Shown here: positions 11,853-22,573 of the stretch, in pieces
Layout of the letters: every line of letters starts with the position of its first letter
How positions within the stretch are numbered: the first letter of the stretch is position 1
Assembly (NCBI RefSeq): GCF_018350175.1
Contig: NC_058369.1
Location: 17,300,001-17,364,000, forward strand
Direction of reading: 5' to 3'
Source of the DNA: Felis catus
Lineage: Eukaryota
DNA: 64,000 bases
Made by a program: the position numbers and the translations under genes
Notes under the pieces: generated by a model
What the model was told of the DNA's origin: nothing
What the model saw: the letters and a program-made list of their open reading frames with translations, nothing else
The model's database searches: none

Positions 11853-13314
11853 CATCACGTGGGGTCTCTTCACACAGGAACGCTGGAGTGCTCTGGGTTG
11901 CAGTGACCTCAATTTCTTTCTTCCCTGCCAGAGCCGTCTGTCCTGGCTGTTTCTCACCTCCTTGGCAGACTGGGGAGCATGAATCCGTTCTGGTTTCACT
12001 AACATCTTCATGTCCTTTTTCCTTGCTGCTTACTTCAGGAATCTGCTCCAGCTTACCATGGAGATGCAATCCAGCGGTGCCCAGTTCCTTCTTCCCAGAG
12101 CTGCTGCCGCTGCTGTTGCTGACGGGGGTCAGTTCTTCTCTCTTCTTGGCCACAGGTTCCTCACAGATGAAAGGAGGTACCTCTTCAGTAGATGGGATGG
12201 GCAGCTCCCCAGGGATCAATTTGTAGCTAGCTGTCTGTTCCTCAGCCACCGTCATGGAGCGCTTTATGGCAGGAGCCCCCAGTTTCCTGGGCGTAGGACT
12301 TGGCATTGGGCTGCTGGTAAGAGGCAGCAGGCCAGAAGAAAGCTCTTCTCGGGCAGGGAGTTCAGGATATTTCTCTGCAAGGTTGACAGCTGGGGGAACC
12401 GAGAGGTGAGAACATTCAGACAGGGCCCGGCGCATTGCTTTTTTCTGCTGGGGTACTTGGTTGAGCAAAGCCCCCTCTTCGGGAGAATTCAATTTCTCCA
12501 GCTCCTTCTCGTGGTCTCTGTCATGAGAGCTGTCATTTACGTATTCCTGGGTGAACTCCACCATAGTGATCGGTGGAATGGCAGTGGGTGAATGCTCAAT
12601 AGTGGGGGCTGGGCGCGCTATAGCCTCAGATAGTGAGGGCTTACATTCGAGCAGCCCAGAGTGATCATTCACCACCCCAGGCACCCGGCAGCCAGCAGTG
12701 ATGCCATTCTCCTTTCCCGGAGTTGCTTCCCTCAAGCCCTGAGCCACTGGATGAAAGTTGGGGTTCCAAACACTGGTTTCTTGCTCAACATCCCGGGTGG
12801 GGATGTCAGCAGCCCCAGGGAAATCCAGATCTGGCTGGCTCTTGGTCTCTGGCCCATTCTTCCCTGCCACCTTCCCCTGAACTGTAGAGGCTTTGTTCTC
12901 ATCTGGCCCCTCTCCGGGTCCCACACGGAACTCAGCTGTCTTCTGGTGTACCAAGTTTCCCTCCAAGGAATGGCAGGTTTCTGAAATCACATACCTGCTC
13001 TCAAGGTGACCCGAGGTTGCCTGACACTCCTCGTCCTGCACCTCAATGCTGAGCTCTTTGTCTAGCTTCCCCTCAAAGAAGCAGAGCTTTTTCTGCTCCA
13101 GGAAGCTGGCATTCTTCACAAGCCCGTCTTTCAGCTGCCCGTCCATGCTGACGTTCAGTCCGATTTCATTCAGTTTGCCCTCTGTCCTCTGCCACTCAAA
13201 TCCAGCTTGGTTGATTTCTTTTGGGGGGTCCATTCGGCACTCTGCAGGCTTGCCCTTACAGAGCTGGCTGTAAGCGGCAGTGTGAGAGGCAGGCTGCTTG
13301 TCTGAGAGCGACAT
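11853..13314 (-). CDS. MAP4: MAP4 alternative N-terminal coding exon (oMAP4-type projection domain, MSLSDKQ...ETPRDG)
   Basis: ATG at 13314 inside the 523-aa ORF. Donor GAT G|gtatgt at 11853/11852. 1462 nt = 487 codons + 1 (phase 1), in frame with the exon at 910. Sequence matches the known alternative MAP4 N-terminus. Confidence 0.9.
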
Positions 13315-13385
13315 CGTCTCTTCGACTGCTCTCCCCCCTCGCTCCTGGAGCTCTAACACCACCTACGATCACACAGAGCTGGCAG

Positions 13386-13754
13386 TGACATCACACCAAG
13401 TCCCCAGTATTCATGACAAACCTGTCTTCCCCCCAAAGATCCTCTCTCCTCTAGCAGCTGGGTGCTAAATGTATTTACTAGTGTGAAAGAAAAGAACGAA
13501 AAAGAAACAGAAAGGAAAGAACCTGCTACTTTCTGCACAAATGCCACTGTTAAACTGGAAGTGTAATTTCCTGTTAGCTAGCACTCTGTTTAGATCTGCA
13601 GTTTATAACACGGTATGGTGCCAATCTGGGTACTGAGGATAGTAATTACTCCCGCTTTTACTGATATAGATACATGTATACCCACACGTTCACTTATCTG
13701 ACACTATGCCCACACTTCCTCATTCACCCACTCAAAATACTGTTTTAAAAATAG
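13386..13754 (-). promoter_or_regulatory. Putative internal promoter of the oMAP4-type exon
   Basis: TATAAAA on the minus strand at 13608-13602, MEF2 consensus TTAAAAATAG at 13745-13754, E-box CAGCTG at 13455-13460, ATF/AP-1-like TGACATCA at 13386-13393. No recognisable TE. Confidence 0.5.
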
Positions 13755-14589
13755 TCAAGACTCATTTGCCAATCCCCAGTCATAACCCTTAAAGAACAAT
13801 GATTTCAGAAAATGGCTCAAAATTTCACCAAAAAAAAAGACCTTACTATAGTGTCAAAATTGGAGGCATTCATTTCTCAGAGCATGAGTGGGTTTGCTGT
13901 CACAGCAACTCACCAAACTGACTTGAAAACTGATTTGAGTGGAGTCCCCAAATCTCAGTGAGAGCTTCACCTGTAGTTCTGTACTATGGAAGAGTTTAAT
14001 AAAGGGTTCCTCCCAGGATCTCAGCAATCAGGGCTTTGGAGATATGTATTCTAGTTACAAGACATTTGAGTGACAATATACTCCTTGCACTTTTACTCCT
14101 GACCCTGCTCCCCACCAGTTCCCTGGACAAGCCGGTCGTGTCCCCCCCACCACCACTGCACCAGCCCTGCTCTTTCTAGCCAGCTGATTGCTTAGTTGCC
14201 ATGTGAACACACTGACCTCTGGAACACAGGGACTCTGGCAATCTGTGACACAGCCCCCTGCCCCTGTTTAATCCAGCACAGTCCTTTGCTGTGCTGGCCT
14301 CTGAGCTTGTTAACTGTACATTCAGGACTGAAATATCCAGAAAAGAAAATTCTTGGGAAAAAAAAGTTACACTGAGAAGACAGGCCGTATTCTACCTTAA
14401 ATTAAGCTGAGTTTTGTTGCTTCACCTGTAAGTCACTATTATGCGCTAACATAGGATACTCCAAAATATTCTATCAAGGAGGAATACACCAGATGCCTTT
14501 TTCCAAGATGAAGGAAATTCAGGCTGGATTGTTTTAAAGCCATCTGCTATCAACTACACTGATCTGGCTACAATTTTTTAATAATTTTT

Positions 14590-15558
14590 TTAGAAAAAAG
14601 GGCAGAGGGAGGCAAATCATAAGGGATTCTTAAATATGAAGAACAAACTGAGAGCTGCTGGAGGGGCTGTGGGTGGGGGGGATGGGTTAAATGGGTGATG
14701 GGCATTAGGGAGGGCACATGTTGGCATGGGCACTGGGTGTCACATGTAAGAGATGAATCACTGGGTTCGACTCCTAAAACCAAGACACACTGTATGTTAA
14801 CTAACTTGAATTAAAAAATTTTTTTAATGTTTTATTTTATTTAAATTTGTTTTAATGTTTATTTTTTTTTAATTTTTTTTTTAAATGTTTATTTTATTTT
14901 TGAGACAGAGAGAGACAGAGCATGAACGGGGGAGGGGCAGAGAGAGAGAGGGAGACACAGAATCGGAAACAGGCTCCAGGCTCTGAGCCATCAGCCCAGA
15001 GCCTGACGCGGGGCTCGAACTCACGGACCGCGAGATCGTGACCTGGCTGAAGTCGGACGCTTAACCGACTGCGCCACCCAGGCGCCCCAATGTTTATTTA
15101 TTTTTGAGACAGAGAGAGACAGAGCATGAACAAGGGAGGGGCAGAGAGAGAGGGAGACACAGAATCTGAAACGGGCTCCAGGCTCTGAGCTGTCAGCACA
15201 GAGCCTGACGCAGGGCTCGAACTCACAGACCATGAGATCATGACCTGAGCCGAAGTTGGCCGCTTAACCGACTGAGCCACCCAGGCGCCCCTATTTTATT
15301 ATTTTATTTTATTTTTTATTTTATTTATTTTATTTTATTTTTGAGAGAGAGAGTAAGTGGGGAAGGGGCAGAGAGACAGGGAGACACAGAACTTGAAGCA
15401 GGCTCCAGGTTCCCTTGCTGTCGGCACAGAGCTCAAGAGGGGGCTCGAACCCATAAACTGGGAGATCGTGACCTGAGCCGGAGTCGGACACTTAACCAAC
15501 TGAGCCACCCAGGTGCCCCTAACTAACCTGAATTAAAAAAAAAAAAAAAAGAAAAAAG
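14590..15558. mobile_element. Carnivore L1 3' end (+) with three stacked minus-strand CanSINEs (about 14820-15520) inserted before its tail
   Basis: L1 3'UTR gggtgatgggcattagggagggcac..., three SINE heads, and flanking repeat aactaac(t/c)tgaattaaaaaa at about 14799 and 15521. Confidence 0.9.
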
Positions 15559-15740
15559 TTCAAGTTAAGATTGCTCTCTTTGATCTATAAAATGTGATGA
15601 GATTACCAAAGCCCAGCCCAGGAAAGTTTCCTTAACTGGAGCCTCTGTCTCCAAGTACCCTTTCTCTACTATTCACATTACTCACATCACTTCTCTCAAG
15701 TCCCCAACCATAGTGCAGAAGCCAACTGTATACGCTTTCT

Positions 15741-16068
15741 TTTTTAAAATTTTTTTTTTCAACGTTTATTTATTTTTTTGGGGACAGAGAGAGACAGAGC
15801 ATGAACGGGGGAGGGGCAGAGAGAGAGGGAGACACAGAATTGGAAACAGGCTCCAGGCTCCGAGCCATCAGCCCAGAGCCTGACGCGGGGCTCGAACTCA
15901 CGGACCGCGAGATCGTGACCTGGCTGAAGTCGGACGCTTAACCGACTGCGCCACCCAGGCGCCCCTTTTTAAAAAAAATTTTTTTTTCAACGTTTATTTA
16001 TTTTTTTGGGGACAGAGAGAGACAGAGCATGAACGGGGGAGGGGCAGAGAGAGAGGGAGACACAGAAT
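15741..16068 (-). mobile_element. Young CanSINE plus a partial second copy within one TSD
   Basis: 14-bp TSD tgtatacgctttct at 15727-15740 and 16069-16082. Confidence 0.92.
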
Positions 16069-16627
16069 TGTATACGCTTTCTGCATTAACTTCAGTACGT
16101 AACACTGGGCTATGTTGATGGTCAAGAGTGGCAGGGTTGAAAGCCTCAAAAAACGTGCTTTTCCATTTAACCTTTGTCCTGAACATAAACTGAGCCTCTC
16201 CTTCCTCTTGACCTTAAGTAGTTTAATACCAATACATGTCAAAGCCAACAAAGGTTCCTTGGCAAGGAACCAGTGTCACCTTACTCTACCACAAAGGTCA
16301 TGATTCTACTAAGTAATTAGGGAAAAAGAAAGATGGAGAGTCTTGGGTACGGAAAGGCTTAGTGATAAAATATAGCTGAATTCTGGCTTTCTTATCTTTT
16401 TATACATACATTATAAGTGAATAATACAATTATGTATACATAATATAGGATGAAAATTATGAACGCCTGCAGGAGGCTGTTGTAATGCAGTCCAAACATG
16501 CCAGATGCAAATCTTAGAAAATGCCTTAGAAATTAGGTATGCCTCAACAACCCCATCCACTGAGAAACTAGTCACTCACTCCCCACCCCTAATACACACA
16601 CATACACACAGCCTCAATTTATTGACA

Positions 16628-16847
16628 CTTTTTAAAAAAATTTTTTTAATGTTTATTTATTTTTGAAACACAGAGAAAGAGCACAAGTGGGGAAGGAGTA
16701 GAGAGAGAGGGAGACACAGAATCGGAAGCAGGCTCCAGGCCCCGAGCTGTCAGCACAGAGCCCGACGCAGGGCTCAAACTCACGAACCACGAGATCATGA
16801 CCTGAGCTGAAGTCGGCGCTTAACCAACTGAGCCACCCAGGCGCCCC
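16628..16847 (-). mobile_element. CanSINE
   Basis: SINE head and tail; TSD caattta(t/c)tgacac. Confidence 0.9.
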
Positions 16848-17272
16848 AATTTACTGACACCTTCTATCTTTGGTTTGTGGGGAAAAAAATAATTTGGTTT
16901 GGAGTCAAAAGACCAGGTTTTAAAATTTCTCTGTGTCATTTACTAGTTATGACTCTGAGCAACACACTTAACTGTTCCTGGCTTTGGTTTGTTCCTCCGT
17001 AAAATGAGGGGGGCCTTTAAGGTGCCTTCCAGTGTCACAGTTTTAACACTTTTACGACTCAATGAAAAGGCTGAAATATGCACAAGGACTCACAGGTCTG
17101 TTGCTACGTCCAACTCAGAGTGGTTTGATTTTAACTTGGGGCTCCTGATGGTAGAGGACTACCTAGGGGATGTATGTAGCTGCAAGTCTGACAAGAGGGG
17201 CTGAGTTGGCTGCCATATTCTGAAAGGGCAGAGACAGCCTAGGTGAAGAAAAAGCATGGACACTTGTTCCTC

Positions 17273-17488
17273 TGAGTCAAATGATTTTTAAATTTGCGCC
17301 CCTAGAGTCCAATGATTTTTAGTTCTAGCCAGCCTATCCAGAGCCTCCCACTGGTACCAACAACAAATGAAACAAACAAATGAAGCTAAGGCAGTAACTA
17401 TAGTTGTTAAGTCCCTGGTATCTTCAAATCCCGTGTATCTTGTCTCAACAACTCTATCTATAAATAGCAAACTGCAAACTGTGAGTCA
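17273..17488. promoter_or_regulatory. Putative intronic enhancer (MEF2 + 2x AP-1)
   Basis: CTATAAATAG at 17458-17467; TGAGTCA at 17273-17279 and 17482-17488. Confidence 0.4.
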
Positions 17489-17998
17489 GCCAAAGACCAG
17501 GAGCAGGAACCAGGAGAATGAAGCTGGCTGGTCACAAAGAAGCACATATTCTAAACTGTGGTTCCTACTACACATCAGAAATGCAGTCAGCCTGCAAGAA
17601 GACAATGTTCGGCTACTGTGCCAAGCAGAGGCCTCAGTGTTCAAGGGCTCAAGAGTCAGAGAGTTGAAGAAGAAATCGGAGAGGTCAGTGGCCAAGAAGT
17701 ATAAGCCCAGACAGGAAGCCCAGAGTACAGGCGAGTGCCCAAGACATCACATCAGCTAGATGCTCAAGCTTGCACATAAGCCTGGTGTCACCTAGGGGTC
17801 TGGGTTTGAGTACAACAGGAGAACATAAGGCATAATATGGGGACACCCACAGAATCCATCTCTTGTGTAGGTGTGAAGCAACAGAAGATAAAAACCATCT
17901 AACAAGGTAGCTAACATAATGTACCCGCTGATGCTAGCTTAAAAAAAAAAAAAAAAAAAAAACTAAGAAAACGTATTCACGTATGAAGTAGGTTTTAC

Positions 17999-18076
17999 CG
18001 CTTCCAGCAGGGAATTTGATGTGAAACGATAAAGTATTAAGTCCCTGGACTGGAGAATTACTGCATGACAATCCTT
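17999..18076 (-). CDS. MAP4: Candidate 78-nt MAP4 cassette exon (EGLSCSNSPVQGLNTLSFHIKFPAGSG)
   Basis: Acceptor ttatttttgcctacctttatcag|AA, donor GCG|gtaaaa. Phase 1-1, no stop, non-repetitive sequence, U22 tract downstream on the sense strand. Confidence 0.5.
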
Positions 18077-18259
18077 CTGATAAAGGTAGGCAAAAATAAA
18101 CAAACCACCACCACCAAGAAACACCATACAAACCCCAATTTCAATAACACACAAGAGAAAAAGAAAAGCTGGCTCTCAAAATCGGAGAAACTGCCTAAAG
18201 AAAATAATATCCTATTCTTCAAGTCTCTTTTAGGACAAAAGCATTTTATTCTGTTTTGA

Positions 18260-18463
18260 AATTTTTATTATCGTCTTTTTAAGTTTTAATTTGCATTACC
18301 GGTGCTCATCACAAGTGCCCTCTTAATCCCCATCACCTATTTTCCCCATCCCCCCCAACCCCTCCTCTCTGGTAACCATCAGTGTGTTCTCTGTAGTTAA
18401 CAGTCTGTTTTTTGGCTTGTCTCTCTCTTTTTTTCTCCTTTGCTCGTTTGTTTTGTTTCTTAA
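18260..18463 (-). mobile_element. Carnivore L1 3'UTR fragment
   Basis: cttaatccccatcacctat...tctggtaaccatcagtgtgttctctgtagttaa. Confidence 0.8.
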
Positions 18464-18647
18464 GTGGACAAGGGTCATTTTATAACAACAGTGCTGCAAG
18501 GACAATGACGTATGTGCTACGGTACAGGATCTGAACGCTGGAACTCCTCTAACTTGTGGACAAGGGTCATTTTATAACAACAGTGCTGCAAGGACAATGA
18601 CGTATGTGCTACGGTACAGGATCTGAACGCTGGAACTCCTCTAACTT
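18464..18647. repeat. Perfect 92-bp tandem duplication (2 copies)
   Basis: 18464-18555 is identical to 18556-18647. Confidence 0.97.
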
Positions 18648-20124
18648 AATCTTCTCAATTTACAGAAGAGCAAACAGGGTCCAGAGGGGGGAAAATGAAA
18701 TGGTTTGCCTAAGATCAAATGGTGAGCTACTGGAAAAGCCATGTGGAAGATGCTTGGTCTTTGACTGACAGGCTTCCCACACAACTGAGCAAAACTACAT
18801 CTTAGTCACTGGATGCCTCTCCTTTTTATTGTTTCTTTTTTGCTCAGTGAAGTACTACAGACTTTAATTTACAATTTTTGTGATTAATTCAAAGCTTCCA
18901 AAACTAGTATACAATGTGTACACGTGTGGTATACGTGTATGTGTGTTTGGGGGGCAAAACAAGCTTGAAATAAAGGAGACAAAGAAGCAACTGCATTAAG
19001 ATTTAGTGTCCATCTTATACCTTTATCATGGTATTGTTTTCATTGTACAAAGAATGAGGAAGGTGTGAGCAACTTCTTCCTTAGTGATCTCTGGTTATTA
19101 GTTTCCATTCTGAGAGAACTTAAATTTACATTAATGGTTTTTCACAGCTCCTCAACACTGTGAGCTTCCCCTTCATGGTGCTTCTGCATAGGCAGGCAGG
19201 TCCTGCTTCCATAGGAAAAAGTAGAGATCTAGAGGTTTTTACATAGGGAAGGGGACAGAGTGGATTATAGTTTGACTACACTATTGCTTTTGTAACACAT
19301 ACCAAGGAAGAAATCACAGGGAACAAGAATTAATGGGTTTAAAGATTGCCAAATGAGGTGAATGCTATCTGGCTCGTGAAAAATGGGGAAAATCTAGGAC
19401 AGACTAATTAGTAAAAACTGAGGCTCTGTCAGTGCTCTGGTCCAATTCAGAATTGTAGACAGAGTTTCACTCAGGAATGCACATTCCCCCACAGGAGACA
19501 GCTGTGGCAAGGAACTCAAATCTCCCCAGCTTCTGTGATACTTTATCTGGCTCTTAGATGACAAACTTACATGATACCTTAAAAGGTTGAGCACATCCAG
19601 GCAAAAAGAAATTAAATCTACTTAAGAACCAGAAGGCTTCAATTCTAGACTCAGCTGCCACTGGAATTCCTTCCTCTTGGTTCCACTCCTACTCCTTCAG
19701 AACCCACTTAAATGTCACCTCTGTGAAGTCTCCCAGACCCCCACCCCCAAATCGGCTCATTCATGTTTTTACAATATCATACTTGCTCACACTCTATTTG
19801 GAAACTACACCATAATCGTTTACTTATGTGCCTTTCCTGGGAGCTACCGGAAGGCAAGAAAATGATGAGTCCATCTTTGCCATGGTGGTGACCAGCAATC
19901 TGATACAGTACGTAGGCTCTCAGAAAAGTTCTGCTTAGCGGAAGGATGAATGGATTCCTTGAATACAGACTATAATTTGACTTGACCCTTCCCATCATTA
20001 AACTCATCTAGAGAGGTTCCAATTTGGAAGGTCCTTTGGGTTAAAGATTTTTAAGTTCCACTCTGAGTCTAAGGAAAGTACATAGATACACCCATGTGTC
20101 TGGTCAGTGGTGGTTTCTAAGGCT

Positions 20125-20342
20125 TTATTTATTTATTATTTAATTTTTGACACTTAGTCCTTTTTTGAGAAAGACAGCGTGAACGAGGGAAAGAGAGAGA
20201 GAGGGAGACACAGAATCTGAAGCAGGCTCCAGGCTCTGAGCTGTCAGCACAGAGACTGGCGTGGGTCTTGAACTCACGAACTGTGAGATCATGACCTGAG
20301 CTGAAGTCGGATGCCCAACACACTGAGCCACTCAGGTGCCCC
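20125..20342 (-). mobile_element. CanSINE
   Basis: SINE body; TSD tctaaggct. Confidence 0.9.
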
Positions 20343-20549
20343 TCTAAGGCTCTTTTATGAGACCATATAACGACATGTCTAGCCTCCAAGGGTGCTGGCA
20401 CAACTTGCAGGTCTCTAAAGGTCTCTGATCTTAGCAGACGTACCGGCAGATGTTTCTGTTTTCGTCTGTACCTTCAGCTAGTACCCAACCTGTTCAGGGC
20501 CTTGGTTTTGATATGTTCCACAACTGGTTTCTCTGCATCTCTCCTAGTC

Positions 20550-20563
20550 GTTACCAAGGCAAC
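20550..20563. promoter_or_regulatory. RFX X-box
   Basis: GTTACCAAGGCAAC matches the GTNRCCNNRGYAAC consensus at all positions. Confidence 0.55.
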
Positions 20564-20929
20564 AAAACTACTTTCCAGATTGACCAAATGTTCCCTGATA
20601 TTGTCTCCAGAAAACAATTTCTAATAAATTATCATTACAATGACAGTCAATAATTCCACTGATTACAATGACTGATACTCTTTACTAATAAAACCTGAAG
20701 GTTACAAAGTTGCAATCTAAGTTTCTTACCTGAAAGTAAATAATGTTTGTGTTTATATACATATATATATATATACACGCACAACCATCTCAAAGCCATA
20801 TTCTACTGAATTTCAGAAATGTTTCTTAGTACATATTTAACTCAAGAAAATGGTGATTCTCCCTAATTGAGTTTCAAAGATTGGGAAATAGGTAGGATTT
20901 TAAAAAAACGAAACCAGCAATCTAACTTA

Positions 20930-21332
20930 TGTGACTCCTGATAAAAGTAATTCACCTACTGGGACCCCAAAAATGGAGGCCTGGCTCCTATCACAAATCT
21001 AGAGTCAAGTCAGCCTGCACTTTTGGGAAATGCCTGTCAAGGTAACCTAATATATACCAATCACAAACCTCCAACTCTGCTTTAGTTAGCTTACCTTACC
21101 CTAGAAAATAGGAACTGCTAGTCTTATAAGGAAATCCCCAACCTCTTAGTCACTCATGCTGTCATGCAGTGCCTCTTCTAATGCTCTATAAAACTCCCTC
21201 TTGCCCCAAATTCCTCGGGAAAAGTGCACCTCTGCTTGTTAGGCACTGTACTCCCCCAATCCATGGATTGTTTTCCTTTGAATAAAGGACATCAAACTCC
21301 TATCTAAACTGGATTATTTTTGTCATTTGACA
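20930..21332 (+). mobile_element. Probable solo LTR (ERV1-like)
   Basis: TG...CA ends, CCAAT, TATAAAA and AATAAA in U3-R-U5 order, about 400 bp. Confidence 0.65.
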
Positions 21333-21599
21333 CCCTTAAGCATTAAAATGTTTATAGATGAAAAGTCCCCCAAGAAGTATGACTTGGAAATTCTAACCCT
21401 TTGTTCTTTTAGCATAGTATTGACCTTCCCATGGCCTCAAGAAAGAAAAGAGAATCATCCAATTAAAATAGGTAAACACCCCCCGTCCCACATCACTTCC
21501 AGCATAAAGTCTAATATCCTCTGCTTACGGAGGCAACAGACAACTCCCAGGACCCTTTGAGAGCTTGTATTCCTTCTCTCAATTTCATCTCAAAATGTT

Positions 21600-21934
21600 T
21601 CACAGATCTCCCTGCTCCCCAAACTTGACTTATATGCCAGTCACTCCAAAATGTTTGCTACTCCTCAAATATTCCAGGCATTTGTACTTCACTATGCCTC
21701 TACGCAGTCTATCCCCTAGAATGTTTTACCTGACCTAGCTCTATAAACTCTTAGCTCACACTATATTATAAAACTTCTCTCATTAGAGTAAAATTATGTT
21801 TGTGTTTATCTCCCCACTCTAGAATCCTGGAGAAGCAGAGAATGTGTCGTTAATCTACCTTTAGAATGTGGGAGTAATGTTACCTGGTGTCTGTTGAATG
21901 AATGAATGAATGAATGAATGAATGAATGAATGAA
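21600..21934 (+). mobile_element. L2 3' end with (TGAA)n tail
   Basis: tgttgaatgaatgaa... terminal microsatellite typical of L2. Confidence 0.65.
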
Positions 21935-22036
21935 TTAAATTACTAAAAAGTCCAAATCATTTTGAGTGTCCACTATTCACAGTGTAACAGGAACATTGTA
22001 TGATAATTAGATTTTTGTTTAACTTATACAAATTAT

Positions 22037-22532
22037 CGGGGCGCCTGGGTGGCTCAGTCGGTTAAGCATCCGACTTCGGCTCAGGTCATGATCTCGCGGT
22101 CCGTGAGTTCGAGCCCCGTGTCGGGCTCTGTGCTGACAGCTCAGAGCCTGGAGCCTGCTTGGAATTCTGTGTGTCTCTCTCTCTGCCCCTCCCCCACTCA
22201 TGCTCTGTCTCTCTCTCTCTCTCTCTGTCAAAAATAAATAAACATTAAAAAAAAAATTTAAGCTTATACAAGTTATCATTGCTAAACAGTTTAAAAATTA
22301 CCAATTTCAACCTGCTCACAGCTGAGATGGTCTGCATTAACATTTTAGGTTAAAAAGAAGAGGTAAGGGATGGGGCGCTGTGGGGGGGGGGGGACGGGGC
22401 GGGGCTCAGGTGGTGAAGCATCTAACTTCGCCTCAGGTCATGATCTTGCGGGTTCGTGATTTTGAGCCCCGCTTTGGGCTCTGTGCTGACAGCTTGGAGC
22501 CTGGAGCCTGGAGCCTGGAGTCTTCTTTGGAT

Positions 22533-22573
<41 letters not shown>

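Noticed and set aside
11638..13273. Plus-strand ORFs over the oMAP4-type exon (and likewise over 28858-32441)
   Set aside because: Antisense or alternative-frame by-products of long coding exons.
18464..18647. CRISPR-like or array interpretation of the direct repeat
   Set aside because: Only two abutting copies, no spacers, mammalian context.
20431..20489. Peptide DENRNI identical to a hexapeptide in the giant exon
   Set aside because: A 6-aa match between a 1100-aa ORF and six frames of 64 kb is expected by chance, and the frame is closed by nearby stops.
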